Positions 1 through 9,226 of a DNA stretch of 20,000 bases are shown piece by piece. Made by a program: the position numbers and the translations under genes. This stretch comes from Pseudobdellovibrionaceae bacterium (GTDB lineage: Bacteria > Bdellovibrionota > Bdellovibrionia > Bdellovibrionales > UBA1609), in the NCBI GenBank assembly GCA_030591685.1, contig JAUVAX010000001.1, positions 143,140 to 163,139 of the forward strand, given 5' to 3'. Numbering within the stretch: the stretch's first letter is position 1; the number at the start of each line of letters is the position of its first letter. Below the pieces are notes generated by a model. It saw nothing but the letters and a program-made list of their open reading frames with translations. It was not told the origin of the DNA and did no database searches.

Positions 1-53
1 TTGATAGCTATCAGGCGACCTATCATAGTGATAAACATTTAAAAGGCCGAGGT

Positions 54-1208
54 TCATTTAAAAACCCTTTTAAAGGTCTTTAAAAATTGCTCTTCAGTGA
101 CCGGTACCATATTTGTTTGATGGCAGGGGTCTTTGAAGGCTTTTTGAGACAAGGGGCCTAATTGGTCCTCACTGACTCCATGGTTTTTTAAACCAAACTG
201 AAGGCCTAAGGACTTAAAAAAGCTCGAGCACTGGAGCGCGAGAGTGTCCTGATTATATCCGTATTCATTAAAAATATATTTTACTCTTTGAATTTGCTTT
301 AATTGACCTGAGTTTAATTGGCTGCTTTCAATAAACTCTATACAACCGGGCAAGCAAAGAGCATTGGCTAAACCATGGTGCATTCCGCACTCAGTAGATA
401 AGGGGTGGGCCATTGAATGAATCATACCTAAACCCTTTTGAAAGGCCGTCGCCCCCATGGTGGCTGCAATAAGCATTTTAGCTCTTGCCTGAACATTCGC
501 CCCGTCTTTATATACCTTTGGCAGCTCAGAGAGAACTATACGCAAGCCCTCTAAAGCAATACCATCTGCCATTGGGTGAAACCCCGGGGCCATAAAAGCC
601 TCTAAGTTATGTGTCAATGCATCTAACCCTGTTGCCACCGTTAAGTCGGGAGGAAGACCGATAGTAAAAGAAGGGTCTAAGACTGCAATTTTAGGCAACA
701 TATCAGGATGAAAAAAAATTGTTTTTGTATTTGTAGAGGCCAGTGTGACCACCCCACTTCGACCCACCTCTGACCCCGTCCCTGCTGTTGTTGGGATAGC
801 GTACAACGGGGGCATATCGTTAACGATCAGTCGATCTCCACCGAGAGCGTCATCATAGGGCTCTAAAGGGCCCTCATGGTTTACTCTAAGCATAATAACT
901 TTTGCCACATCAATAGGGCTCCCCCCACCAAGGGCCACTAAGCAATCACAATCATGGTCTTTGTAAACAAGAATACCCCTCTCTACGTCCTCCTCAAGGG
1001 GGTTCGTGTGCGTCTCTGAAAAAATAGTTAACTTAAGTCCCTCTATACCAAATGGACCCTCTAATTTACTGACAAGACCCAGTTTAACAAGTGTTTTATC
1101 TGTAACTACTAAAGGCTTATGGTAACCACTCTTTTTAATAGCACTTGCTAGTGGTTGCAAACAGTCTTCACCATAAAAAATTGTTGTCGGGTAATTAAAT
1201 TGCTGCAT
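54..1208 (-). CDS. Iron-containing (family III) alcohol dehydrogenase
   Basis: Motifs GGGSPID, PTTAGTGSE, DALTHNLE, GMIHSMAH, HHGLANA (NAD binding plus Asp/His metal ligands). AAGGA RBS; starts 8 nt after the GS-like stop. Confidence 0.93.
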   Translation of the reverse strand: MQQFNYPTTIFYGEDCLQPLASAIKKSGYHKPLVVTDKTLVKLGLVSKLEGPFGIEGLKLTIFSETHTNPLEEDVERGILVYKDHDCDCLVALGGGSPIDVAKVIMLRVNHEGPLEPYDDALGGDRLIVNDMPPLYAIPTTAGTGSEVGRSGVVTLASTNTKTIFFHPDMLPKIAVLDPSFTIGLPPDLTVATGLDALTHNLEAFMAPGFHPMADGIALEGLRIVLSELPKVYKDGANVQARAKMLIAATMGATAFQKGLGMIHSMAHPLSTECGMHHGLANALCLPGCIEFIESSQLNSGQLKQIQRVKYIFNEYGYNQDTLALQCSSFFKSLGLQFGLKNHGVSEDQLGPLSQKAFKDPCHQTNMVPVTEEQFLKTFKRVFK

Positions 1209-1216
1209 AGGTATCC

Positions 1217-2593
1217 TTATATAATTTCAAAGTATCTTTGTAACTGCCAGTCGGTGATGGCCTTCTCGTGCTCTCTCACCTCCCACTCTCTTGTGATCAC
1301 GTAGTGTTCAATAAATTTTTCACCAAAAACTTCATAGGCTTTTTTACAAGATTTTAAATTCTCTACACTTTTACTTAAAGAGCTGGGGAGTTGTAACTCA
1401 AAGGGCAAGCTGTCCTGAACCTCATAAGCACTCCCAACAACAGGGTCTGAGAGAGTTAAACCCTCCTCTATACCTAGTAGACCTGCGGCTAACATGGCTG
1501 CGGCCACAAGATAAGGATTTGCGTCAGCAGAACCCACTCTAAACTCAATACGTTGAGATTTTTCGTTGCCGGGTATTACCCTTAATGCTGTTGTTCTATT
1601 TTCAACCCCCCATGTTGCTGCCGTTGGCGCCCAGAACCCCTTAACAAGTCTTGTGTACGAGTTTATGGTGGGTGAGGTTAAAGCTAAAAATGACTTTAAA
1701 TACTTAACCTGACCAGCCGTGTAACTTTTCATAATACTGGTCATGCCATTTTTATCACTGGGGTTAAAGAAAACATTCTCTTTTGTCTTTATATCATATA
1801 GTGACTGATGCATGTGCCCGCTTTGCCCTGGGTAATCCAAGTTCCATCGTGCCATAAACGTGGGTATCATACCTTGTTTTTGAAAAAACACTTTTGCAAA
1901 AGTTTTAAAAACACTAGCTCTGTCAGCACTTTCAAGGGCTTCATCGTACTCAAGCGCCGCCTCCCAAACCCCGGGGCCGGTCTCACAATGAAGACCCTCT
2001 ATGGGAACATTGAGGGCTTCAAAGTAATCCATAAAATCATTAAATAACTCTGAGTATGTAGAGCTTCGAAGGGTTGAGTAACCAAACATACCAGGAGTTA
2101 AAGGGGTTAAATTTCGATAATTTTTATCGCGCACTGATTGAGAGTTTTCTAAAAATAAAAAGAATTCGTATTCAAACGCGAGGTTGGCCCCAAACCCCAT
2201 AGTATTTGCTTTTTCTAATATCTTCTTTAATAAATTACGTGGGCAGACAGGGTGATACTCCTCCCCGTCTGGTGGTAAAAAATCACCTAAGAAAAAGGGG
2301 AGGTTTTCATCGGGTAGGTACCTCTCTGTGGCTCGATCTATTTTAAACGGAGCATCTGGGTAGGCCGTATGCCATCCAGTAAATTTAGCGTTATCATATA
2401 AGGTGTCCGCAACATCCCAGCCGAAAACACAATCGCAAAAAGCACTACTGGAGTTTATAACTGAATCAAATTTTTTCTTTGATATATACTTCCCTCTTAA
2501 CACACCATCAATGTCTGTTATGGCTAGCTTTACCCTAGACAAATCAGAGTTATTAAAGGCTGCATGTTTAAACTTAAAATTATTATTACTCAT
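1217..2593 (-). CDS. Glutamine synthetase-family protein, probably a gamma-glutamyl-amine ligase rather than a true GS
   Basis: DIDGVLRGK, EYEFFLF, HCETGPGVWE, SGHMHQSL, ENRT, RIEFR and ANPYL motifs. GFWAP replaces GYEAP and there is no FDGSS motif. ATGA overlap with the upstream ALDH. Confidence 0.88.
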   Translation of the reverse strand: MSNNNFKFKHAAFNNSDLSRVKLAITDIDGVLRGKYISKKKFDSVINSSSAFCDCVFGWDVADTLYDNAKFTGWHTAYPDAPFKIDRATERYLPDENLPFFLGDFLPPDGEEYHPVCPRNLLKKILEKANTMGFGANLAFEYEFFLFLENSQSVRDKNYRNLTPLTPGMFGYSTLRSSTYSELFNDFMDYFEALNVPIEGLHCETGPGVWEAALEYDEALESADRASVFKTFAKVFFQKQGMIPTFMARWNLDYPGQSGHMHQSLYDIKTKENVFFNPSDKNGMTSIMKSYTAGQVKYLKSFLALTSPTINSYTRLVKGFWAPTAATWGVENRTTALRVIPGNEKSQRIEFRVGSADANPYLVAAAMLAAGLLGIEEGLTLSDPVVGSAYEVQDSLPFELQLPSSLSKSVENLKSCKKAYEVFGEKFIEHYVITREWEVREHEKAITDWQLQRYFEII

Positions 2594-3972
2594 AGTGTGT
2601 ACCCCTCTTTTAATTTCTGCTTAAAGTGAATCGATTTATTTTGTGTTAAATTATAAAATCCAAATTTTGATAAACTTGACCCGCGTCCTGAATTTTTATA
2701 CCCAGTCCATGGTAACTCGGGGTCTAAATAGTCACACCTGTTCATAAATACGGTACCCACTTGAACTTTTTGAGCAAATGTATCCGCTAACTCTCGATTT
2801 TTTGTAAAAATAGCCGCTGTAAGCCCCAAAACAGAATCATTTATTAATTCTAAGGCCGTGTTAATATCAGGAACCTTCATCACCGGCATGATAGGGCCAA
2901 AGTTTTCTTCGTTCATAATTCTCATTTTATGGTTCACATCAACGATAAGTGTGGGGGCAAAAAAAATGGCTTCATTAATTTTAAGCTCTTCACCACCAAC
3001 TAAAACCTTGGCCCCCATTGTTGTAGCCTCATTAACTTGCTCACTCATAACTTTACTAGCACTTGACTTAAATAAGGGCCCCATATTTGTAGTTTTACTC
3101 TTTGGGTCCCCTAATTTATAATCACTCATCAGTGTTTTAGCTTTTAAAACAAATTCATCAAAAACTTTTTCGTGAACATAAACCCTCTCCACCCCACAAC
3201 AAGACTGCCCTGAGTTAAACATGGCTCCATCAACTATAGACTCCACAGCGTCATCCACATCAGCATCATTATTGACAAATACACCGTCTTTACCCCCGAG
3301 CTCTAGGCCTGGGGTTATTAAACTCTCCGCACAGTGACGTAAAATTTGTTTGCCACCATTAACAGAGCCCGTAAACACGACATGGTTGACGCTTCCGGAT
3401 TCTATCACCTGCCCCGTAGTGGCGTGATCTAGTATCACATTTTTAACTAATACATCAAAGGCTCTCTCAAAATGCAAACCCACCTCAGGGGTCTGACCAG
3501 AGTGCTTTAACAGCACGGTGTTGCCCGATAACAGTGCTGGCACTATTGAGTTGACCGCAACAAGTAACGGATAGTTCCAAGCTGCAATCGTAAACACAAC
3601 ACCAAAGGGCTCGTGTGCGATGGCTCTGTAAAAATTAGGTTTTTGTGACACCTCTTTTGTTTTTAAAGTGCTTTCAGAAATACTACACATAAAGCGAGCC
3701 CTATCTAACATTCCATCAACTTCAAAAATGGCTTGATGCTGGGGACGACCCATTTGTAAGCTAATATCACTGGCGATTGTTTGCTTGTTCACTTCAAAGT
3801 AAGTTAAACACTTCAATACATGCGCCACACGCTGCTCACAGGTCTTCATGGACCAGCTCACTTGCTGAATCTTTAATTGTTTCACGGTACTCAGTGCTTG
3901 CTCAGTATTAGAGTACTCATATACTCTATCAACGCAGCCCTCAAAGGGGTTTATAACTTTTAATGTTTTCAT
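2590..3972 (-). CDS. NAD(P)-dependent aldehyde dehydrogenase
   Basis: AWNYP, FTGS, LELGGKD (catalytic Glu), NSGQSCC (catalytic Cys), EENFGP. Start placed at ATG 3972 (GGAG 9 nt upstream); the ORF track start at 3990 is also possible. Confidence 0.93.
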   Translation of the reverse strand: MKTLKVINPFEGCVDRVYEYSNTEQALSTVKQLKIQQVSWSMKTCEQRVAHVLKCLTYFEVNKQTIASDISLQMGRPQHQAIFEVDGMLDRARFMCSISESTLKTKEVSQKPNFYRAIAHEPFGVVFTIAAWNYPLLVAVNSIVPALLSGNTVLLKHSGQTPEVGLHFERAFDVLVKNVILDHATTGQVIESGSVNHVVFTGSVNGGKQILRHCAESLITPGLELGGKDGVFVNNDADVDDAVESIVDGAMFNSGQSCCGVERVYVHEKVFDEFVLKAKTLMSDYKLGDPKSKTTNMGPLFKSSASKVMSEQVNEATTMGAKVLVGGEELKINEAIFFAPTLIVDVNHKMRIMNEENFGPIMPVMKVPDINTALELINDSVLGLTAAIFTKNRELADTFAQKVQVGTVFMNRCDYLDPELPWTGYKNSGRGSSLSKFGFYNLTQNKSIHFKQKLKEGYTL

Positions 3973-3998
3973 GGCTTTGGACTCCGTCATCTATACTT

Positions 3999-4610
3999 TC
4001 AACTGTACTTTACTAAAAACTGCTCTATTATTTCGCCTGAACAACTTAAATACTCTTTTTGAGCTAATACTTTTTGAGCATATTGTTTAGAAGGCTCTAC
4101 AAATTTTATATGCATAGGGTTTACTTGCTTATAAAACTGCTCTTTAACCCCCTCTGGGGTACGACCTCGTTCGCGAGTGTCCCTTTCAAGACGCCTTTTA
4201 AACCTAAGGCCTTCATCACATTGTATAAAAATAGAATCATCAAAAGAGTCTCTTGTATACTCTTGAGATAATAACAAAATCCCATCCACTAAAATAATTT
4301 TTTTGGGCTTAAAAAGGCAGTTATCAAAGCCCCTCGTATGAGTTTTAAAATCATAACTAGGCATCTGTATGGGCTCCCCGCTTTTTAATAACTCTAAGTG
4401 TTCACAGAGCAATTTAAAATCTATGGCCGAAGGGTGATCAAAATTAACTCGGCCCCCGTCTTTGTCAAACGATGCACTTTGGTCATGGTAGTAGTTATCT
4501 TGTAATAAAATAGAGCACTCGCTCTCACCAAAAGCGGAGCATAAACTATTTGCAAAGGTTGTTTTACCCGAACAACTCCCCCCTACTATGGCAATAATAT
4601 TTACATTCAA
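3999..4610 (-). CDS. udk: Uridine/cytidine kinase
   Basis: Walker A GGSCSGKTT, QDNYY, NFDHPSAID, YDFKTHTR, RRLERDTRERGR, FVEPSKQYA. TTG start with AAGGGG RBS. Confidence 0.92.
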   Translation of the reverse strand: MNVNIIAIVGGSCSGKTTFANSLCSAFGESECSILLQDNYYHDQSASFDKDGGRVNFDHPSAIDFKLLCEHLELLKSGEPIQMPSYDFKTHTRGFDNCLFKPKKIILVDGILLLSQEYTRDSFDDSIFIQCDEGLRFKRRLERDTRERGRTPEGVKEQFYKQVNPMHIKFVEPSKQYAQKVLAQKEYLSCSGEIIEQFLVKYS

Positions 4611-4625
4611 ACAAATAACCCCTTA

Positions 4626-5252
4626 TTATTTTGTACTATAAAGTCGGTCGCCTGCGTCACCGATGCCTGGCACTAAGTAACCCTCATCATTAATTTCATT
4701 TTCAACCTCAAGGGTGTAAACCATTATATCTGGATGATATTTTAGTAATTTTTTTAACCCTAACTGTCCGGCAATTAAACATAAAATAGATATTTGACCC
4801 ACCTCATATTGCTTTAATCGATCGACACAAGCAATGACCGTGTCGGCGGTGGCAATTAGTGGGTCTACTAATAATATTTTTTTACCTTTGCAGTCATCTG
4901 GTAATTTAAAATAATACTCCACTGTATTTTTAATAAATTTATCTCTGTAAATACCAATATGACCACTTTTAGCAAAAGGTAGGCTTGATAATACCCCCTC
5001 TAACATTCCGTTACCGGCTCTCATTACTGAAACCACAATAGGAGCTTCAGTGACTTTTTGTACTTTTGCCTCACAAATAGGAGTGTTAACTGTGTGCGTA
5101 CTTGTAGACAGCTCCCTTGTCGCCTCAAACGCTAAGTATCGACTCATTTCATTAACGAGAATTCTGAACTCTGAGGACGAGGTCGTTTCATCTCTAAGTC
5201 GACCGAGTTGATGCTTTAATACAGGGTGGTCGAGCACGCTCACTTGTTTCAT
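4626..5252 (-). CDS. upp: Uracil phosphoribosyltransferase (URC6/Urg2 equivalent)
   Basis: DHP...LRD N-terminus, MRAGNGM, GHIGIYRD, C-terminal GYLVPGIGDAGDRLY. Start is most likely ATG 5252 (MKQVSVLDHP) with AAGGA RBS just after the URC4 stop; the 5363 start overlaps URC4. Confidence 0.92.
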   Translation of the reverse strand: MKQVSVLDHPVLKHQLGRLRDETTSSSEFRILVNEMSRYLAFEATRELSTSTHTVNTPICEAKVQKVTEAPIVVSVMRAGNGMLEGVLSSLPFAKSGHIGIYRDKFIKNTVEYYFKLPDDCKGKKILLVDPLIATADTVIACVDRLKQYEVGQISILCLIAGQLGLKKLLKYHPDIMVYTLEVENEINDEGYLVPGIGDAGDRLYSTK

Positions 5253-5262
5253 ATATACATCC

Positions 5263-6468
5263 TTAAAATACGGTTCCATCACTTTTAATTTTAATCGGAG
5301 GTTCGCCACTGGCCCTAAGGGACTTTGCCACTTTACGTCCAGCACGCCAAGTGCCCCCTTCAAGTATTTTCACTAAAGGGAAGTTCTCTTCGGTGAGTGA
5401 AAGTTTATTTCTAATAATAGTACTAATTTGTTTTAGCAATTGTACCGTCAAGGCCCGCCACTCAATAACAAGGTCACTGCCTGGTGCGTGCAGAACCTCT
5501 AACTGTAATTTATCTTTTACCTCAATAACCTGTTGATCAACAAACAACCCACCATTGCGGTACTCAGCAAGCCCCGTTAATGCGTCTAAATGAGAGACCA
5601 CAAAGTTAGCCTCTTCTAAAGGCTCAATGAGTGAGTACGTGAGCCACTGTGAGAGTTTATGAAAAACAACATAGGACTCTTCTTTTGAGCCCAGTTGGGA
5701 GTGAGACCAGACATCCCCTAAATTAACATTATTATACTGAGTACGGCCGGGCCAAATTTCACCTAAAGCCTTAAGAACTGTGCTTAATAATTCGTTAGCT
5801 CTTATTGTTGTACCAAATTTATTTTGAAGGTAAACCACTAAGTCCCCTAAACGAGCCGACGGGAAGTAAGTATTATTGCTCTCTATCACTTGGCCGAGAG
5901 TTTGTAATAAACGAGCTCGCCCTTCTAGTCCCACGAGGGGGTTATCTTTTGTCACTTGAAAGTGCTTTATTAAGTCTTGTTCTGTAATTGTTTTTAATCT
6001 TTCAGCATCGACCCGTAAAGGTTGGCTTGAGTCACTTGAAAAGCTGCCGCTTTTAAACATTTGTAAACTCGCAACAGCCAACCCCTCGGAACGGCTGAGA
6101 GTTTGCTGAGTTTCAGGGTCGATATAACTCCAGTCAGGGCCTGACCCTGCATCTAATAAAACAGAAATAATAACCAAATCAAACTTTGATTCGGCCCACT
6201 GTAAATTATCGCCTGAAAAATCCTTATATACAGGAGGTATACGATCTACCCCGCCGACTTTAAAGTGCCCCCAGCGTGAGTGGTATGGGATGTCCAAGCT
6301 CGGGTAGTTCTCTTTAATGACATCTATAACATAGTTGGCACAAGTGTCTAATCGGTCCATGTGAAGAGTAAAATGACCCTTGCCCGATTGAATGTAATCA
6401 AATACATTTTCAGTCGTATCATTAACGGCCTTTGAAGAAAGAAGGTAGTCTATAGAAAGCTCACTCAT
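5263..6468 (-). CDS. URC4: URC4/Urg3-family uracil catabolism protein (DUF1688)
   Basis: Family motifs IPYHSRWGHF, SVLLDAGSGPDW, RSEGLAVAS, FHKLSQWLTYSLIEP, LTGLAEYRNGGL, EWRALTV, LEGGTW, IKSDGTVF. Adjacent to URC1 and upp homologues. Confidence 0.9.
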   Translation of the reverse strand: MSELSIDYLLSSKAVNDTTENVFDYIQSGKGHFTLHMDRLDTCANYVIDVIKENYPSLDIPYHSRWGHFKVGGVDRIPPVYKDFSGDNLQWAESKFDLVIISVLLDAGSGPDWSYIDPETQQTLSRSEGLAVASLQMFKSGSFSSDSSQPLRVDAERLKTITEQDLIKHFQVTKDNPLVGLEGRARLLQTLGQVIESNNTYFPSARLGDLVVYLQNKFGTTIRANELLSTVLKALGEIWPGRTQYNNVNLGDVWSHSQLGSKEESYVVFHKLSQWLTYSLIEPLEEANFVVSHLDALTGLAEYRNGGLFVDQQVIEVKDKLQLEVLHAPGSDLVIEWRALTVQLLKQISTIIRNKLSLTEENFPLVKILEGGTWRAGRKVAKSLRASGEPPIKIKSDGTVF

Positions 6469-7734
6469 TTACTCCTCCAGCTTTCGACCTTGAACTTTTC
6501 TTAACTTGGCGTCTGATTTGACTTTGTCCTCTGTAAAATAACCGGCCGCCTTTTTGGCCTCCATTTCAACAAGAGCATCCTCGGGGATCAACTCATTGGG
6601 GATCGAAATGCGGTTTTTAACCTCAATGCCACTTTTAACAATAGCATCGTACTTCATGTTGCTCATTGAGTGTAAGTTATCAATTTTTTTAATATTAAAA
6701 TAATGAAGAGCATCGGGCATAAATTCCTGAAAACGAGCATCTTGCACACCTGCAACGCACTCTGTGCGTTCAAAGTAGGTGGAGGCACTGTCGCCGCCCT
6801 CTTGTCGTTTACGTGCATTATAAACTAAGAACTTAGTCACCTCACCTAAAGCACGCCCCTCTTTTCTGAAATAAATAACAATACCGACCCCGCCCCTTTG
6901 AGCTGTTCGGGCGGCATCTTCTATGCCATAGGTTAAATAAGGTCGGCAGGTGCATATATCTGAACCAAAAACATCTGAACCGTTGCACTCATCATGCACT
7001 CGACATGTTAACTCAACATCAGGGTTTGATAGGTCATTAATATCTCCAAATATATAGGCCGTAGAGCTGCCTATTGGCGGCAAAAGGACTTTTAAATCGG
7101 GGCGTGTTACAAGTTCAGGGAACATACCCCCGGTCTCTTGGTACAAAACCCTTCTTAGCTCTCCCTCTTCTAAGTTAAACCTCTTGGCTATACTAGGTAA
7201 GTACCATACAGGGTCTATAGCCACCTTTGTGACTTTTATGTCTTTAGTGTCAAAAACAACTTTTCCATCAATTGATAATCGACCCTCATCAATGGACTTA
7301 TGGATTTCAGGGATACTTAATCGGGCTTGAGTGACAGCAATAGTGGGCTGAACATTGACCTTCTTGTCGATATAGTCTTTAAATACCTCACTCACATGAG
7401 CCCCCCAGGGGTCCAAAGAAACTATTTTTTCAGGGTCAAACCACGAGGGACCTGGTTTTATTATATTTGTGGGCTCCGTATTTTCTAAGTCCGGCTTATG
7501 ACTTACATCAAACGTACCTGCTGCAATAGAAAGAGCCCTGTACACCGTGTAACTCCCCCCATGACTCCCAATAGCGTTTCTGTTTTCTTTTTCGCTGAGA
7601 GTGGCAATCACGGGCCCCCGTTGATGGGGGTCAGACTCGCCCCAGTGGATAGGGACCACCTCTTTAAAAATCTGATTTGAATGGGATGTTAAAATAACAT
7701 GTGAATTACGTTTCATAAAATCTTTATTTGCCAT
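6469..7734 (-). CDS. URC1: URC1/Urg1-type GTP cyclohydrolase II-like protein (N-terminal extension plus GCH II domain)
   Basis: N-terminal RGPVIAT/RNAIGSHGGSY region; Zn motif RVHDECNGSDVFGSDICTC, KEGRALGEVTK and AKKAAGYF typical of URC1-like proteins. At 421 aa it is much longer than a standalone RibA. Confidence 0.9.
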   Translation of the reverse strand: MANKDFMKRNSHVILTSHSNQIFKEVVPIHWGESDPHQRGPVIATLSEKENRNAIGSHGGSYTVYRALSIAAGTFDVSHKPDLENTEPTNIIKPGPSWFDPEKIVSLDPWGAHVSEVFKDYIDKKVNVQPTIAVTQARLSIPEIHKSIDEGRLSIDGKVVFDTKDIKVTKVAIDPVWYLPSIAKRFNLEEGELRRVLYQETGGMFPELVTRPDLKVLLPPIGSSTAYIFGDINDLSNPDVELTCRVHDECNGSDVFGSDICTCRPYLTYGIEDAARTAQRGGVGIVIYFRKEGRALGEVTKFLVYNARKRQEGGDSASTYFERTECVAGVQDARFQEFMPDALHYFNIKKIDNLHSMSNMKYDAIVKSGIEVKNRISIPNELIPEDALVEMEAKKAAGYFTEDKVKSDAKLRKVQGRKLEE

Positions 7735-7747
7735 TAACTACCCTCAT

Positions 7748-9226
7748 CTAAGACATCCAATTGTCATCTTTTTGTTTTTGCCATTTACAGGTTACTTTTT
7801 TTAAGTCGGACCAAAAGTTTAAACTTGCAGGCCCCGTAATATCTCCGTGTCCAAACTTAGATTCATTCATCCCCCCGAAAGAAAAGGGCTCTCTAGGGAC
7901 AGGGACTCCAATGTTCACCCCTACCATCGCAGACTTTGCATTTGAAATTACTTTTTGAGCAAAGTGACCACTGTTTGTAAACACAGAGCACGCGTTGCCG
8001 TAAGGGTTAGAGTTTTCGATTTCTAAAGCCTCTGTAATCGTCTTACAGGGTACTATAGTTAGAATAGGGCCAAACAATTCATTTTTAACAGCTTCGCTCT
8101 CAGGCTTTAAACCGGTGAGTATAGTTGGGCCTATCCAGTACCCCTCTTTAAATATTTCTGGCACTTTTGGGTTACGACCATCGACCAAAATCTGAGCCCC
8201 TTCGTATATGGCACGATCAATGGCTGCATTTAAAAAATCAACTTGTTGTTTTGTGATTATTGCTCCCATGCCATCGCCTATTTTTGTTGCCTCAGCCACG
8301 TGTTTAATTTGCTGGATATGCCGATCAACATCCCCCACAGCCAATAGCACACTAGCAGCCATGCAGCGCTGTCCAGCGCATCCGGTAAAAGAATCACTAA
8401 TCCCCTGACCAGCCAGTTCAACATCTGCATCCGGAAGGAGCACAATATGATTTTTGGCGCCGCCTAAGGCTAAAGCTCTTTTACCATGATTTGAGGCTCT
8501 CTTGTAAACAGCCTTTGCCACTCTTGAAGAGCCAACAAACCCGATGGCCTTTATATCTGTGTGATCAATAATAAACTCTACTGTTTCTTGCCCCCCCTGA
8601 AGCACACTAAATACTCCGCTGGGGAGACCTGCTTTATTGAGGGCGTTTGCAATAAATTTTGATGTTAAAGGGGTTTTCTCAGAGGGCTTCCACATATAAG
8701 CATTACCCAAGACGAGTGCTATAGGCAAAGTCCACATCACCACCATTGCTGGAAAATTAAAAGGGGTCACACTGGCTACCACACCCAGAGGTTCTCGAAT
8801 ATACTCACAGGTCACACCTCTTGAGACTTCCATTTTTCCGCCCTGATCAGAGTTCTGCAGGCTCAAGGCGTACTCTAAAACCTCAATGCCTTTCATTAAA
8901 CCCGCCTTGGCCTCGGTAAAAGTTTTACCGCTTTCTAAAGCCACTATTTTTGAAATTTCATCGGCTTCACTCAGCAAAATACTACGAAATTTAAACAACA
9001 CCTGTGTCCGCTCTTTTAATGGCGTTTTACCCCACAAGGCCTGCGCTGATTTGGCGCTCTTTACGGCGTTGTTAATGTCTTCAAGCGTTGACTCATGGCT
9101 TACGCCAATGACTTTACCAAAATAGGGAGACTCAATGGTAAACTCAAGCCCCTTTGGCTTTACCCATGAACCGGCAATGAAATTATCAATTTTATGTGGT
9201 TGATCTGGCAGCTCTGTTAATGTCAA
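7748..9226 (-). CDS. mmsA: CoA-acylating (methyl)malonate-semialdehyde dehydrogenase
   Basis: TPFNFPAMV, KPSEKTP, FVGSS, GGAKNH, GCAGQRCMA, ELFGP, GVNIGVPVP, FSFGG. Start is probably TTG 9226 (GAGGA RBS 8 nt upstream); GTG 9241 is the alternative. Confidence 0.9.
   Translation of the reverse strand: MTLTELPDQPHKIDNFIAGSWVKPKGLEFTIESPYFGKVIGVSHESTLEDINNAVKSAKSAQALWGKTPLKERTQVLFKFRSILLSEADEISKIVALESGKTFTEAKAGLMKGIEVLEYALSLQNSDQGGKMEVSRGVTCEYIREPLGVVASVTPFNFPAMVVMWTLPIALVLGNAYMWKPSEKTPLTSKFIANALNKAGLPSGVFSVLQGGQETVEFIIDHTDIKAIGFVGSSRVAKAVYKRASNHGKRALALGGAKNHIVLLPDADVELAGQGISDSFTGCAGQRCMAASVLLAVGDVDRHIQQIKHVAEATKIGDGMGAIITKQQVDFLNAAIDRAIYEGAQILVDGRNPKVPEIFKEGYWIGPTILTGLKPESEAVKNELFGPILTIVPCKTITEALEIENSNPYGNACSVFTNSGHFAQKVISNAKSAMVGVNIGVPVPREPFSFGGMNESKFGHGDITGPASLNFWSDLKKVTCKWQKQKDDNWMS

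Noticed and set aside
1217..2593. Housekeeping glutamine synthetase glnA
   Set aside because: Lacks the ammonium-site signatures (FDGSS, GYEAP) and sits in a catabolic operon.
5253..5363. 37-aa N-terminal extension of upp overlapping URC4
   Set aside because: UPRT similarity begins at Met 5252, which has its own RBS; the extension is an ORF-caller artefact.
6469..7734. Riboflavin biosynthesis ribA/ribBA
   Set aside because: The N-terminal domain is not DHBP synthase, the motifs are URC1-type, and the neighbours are URC4 and upp rather than rib genes.
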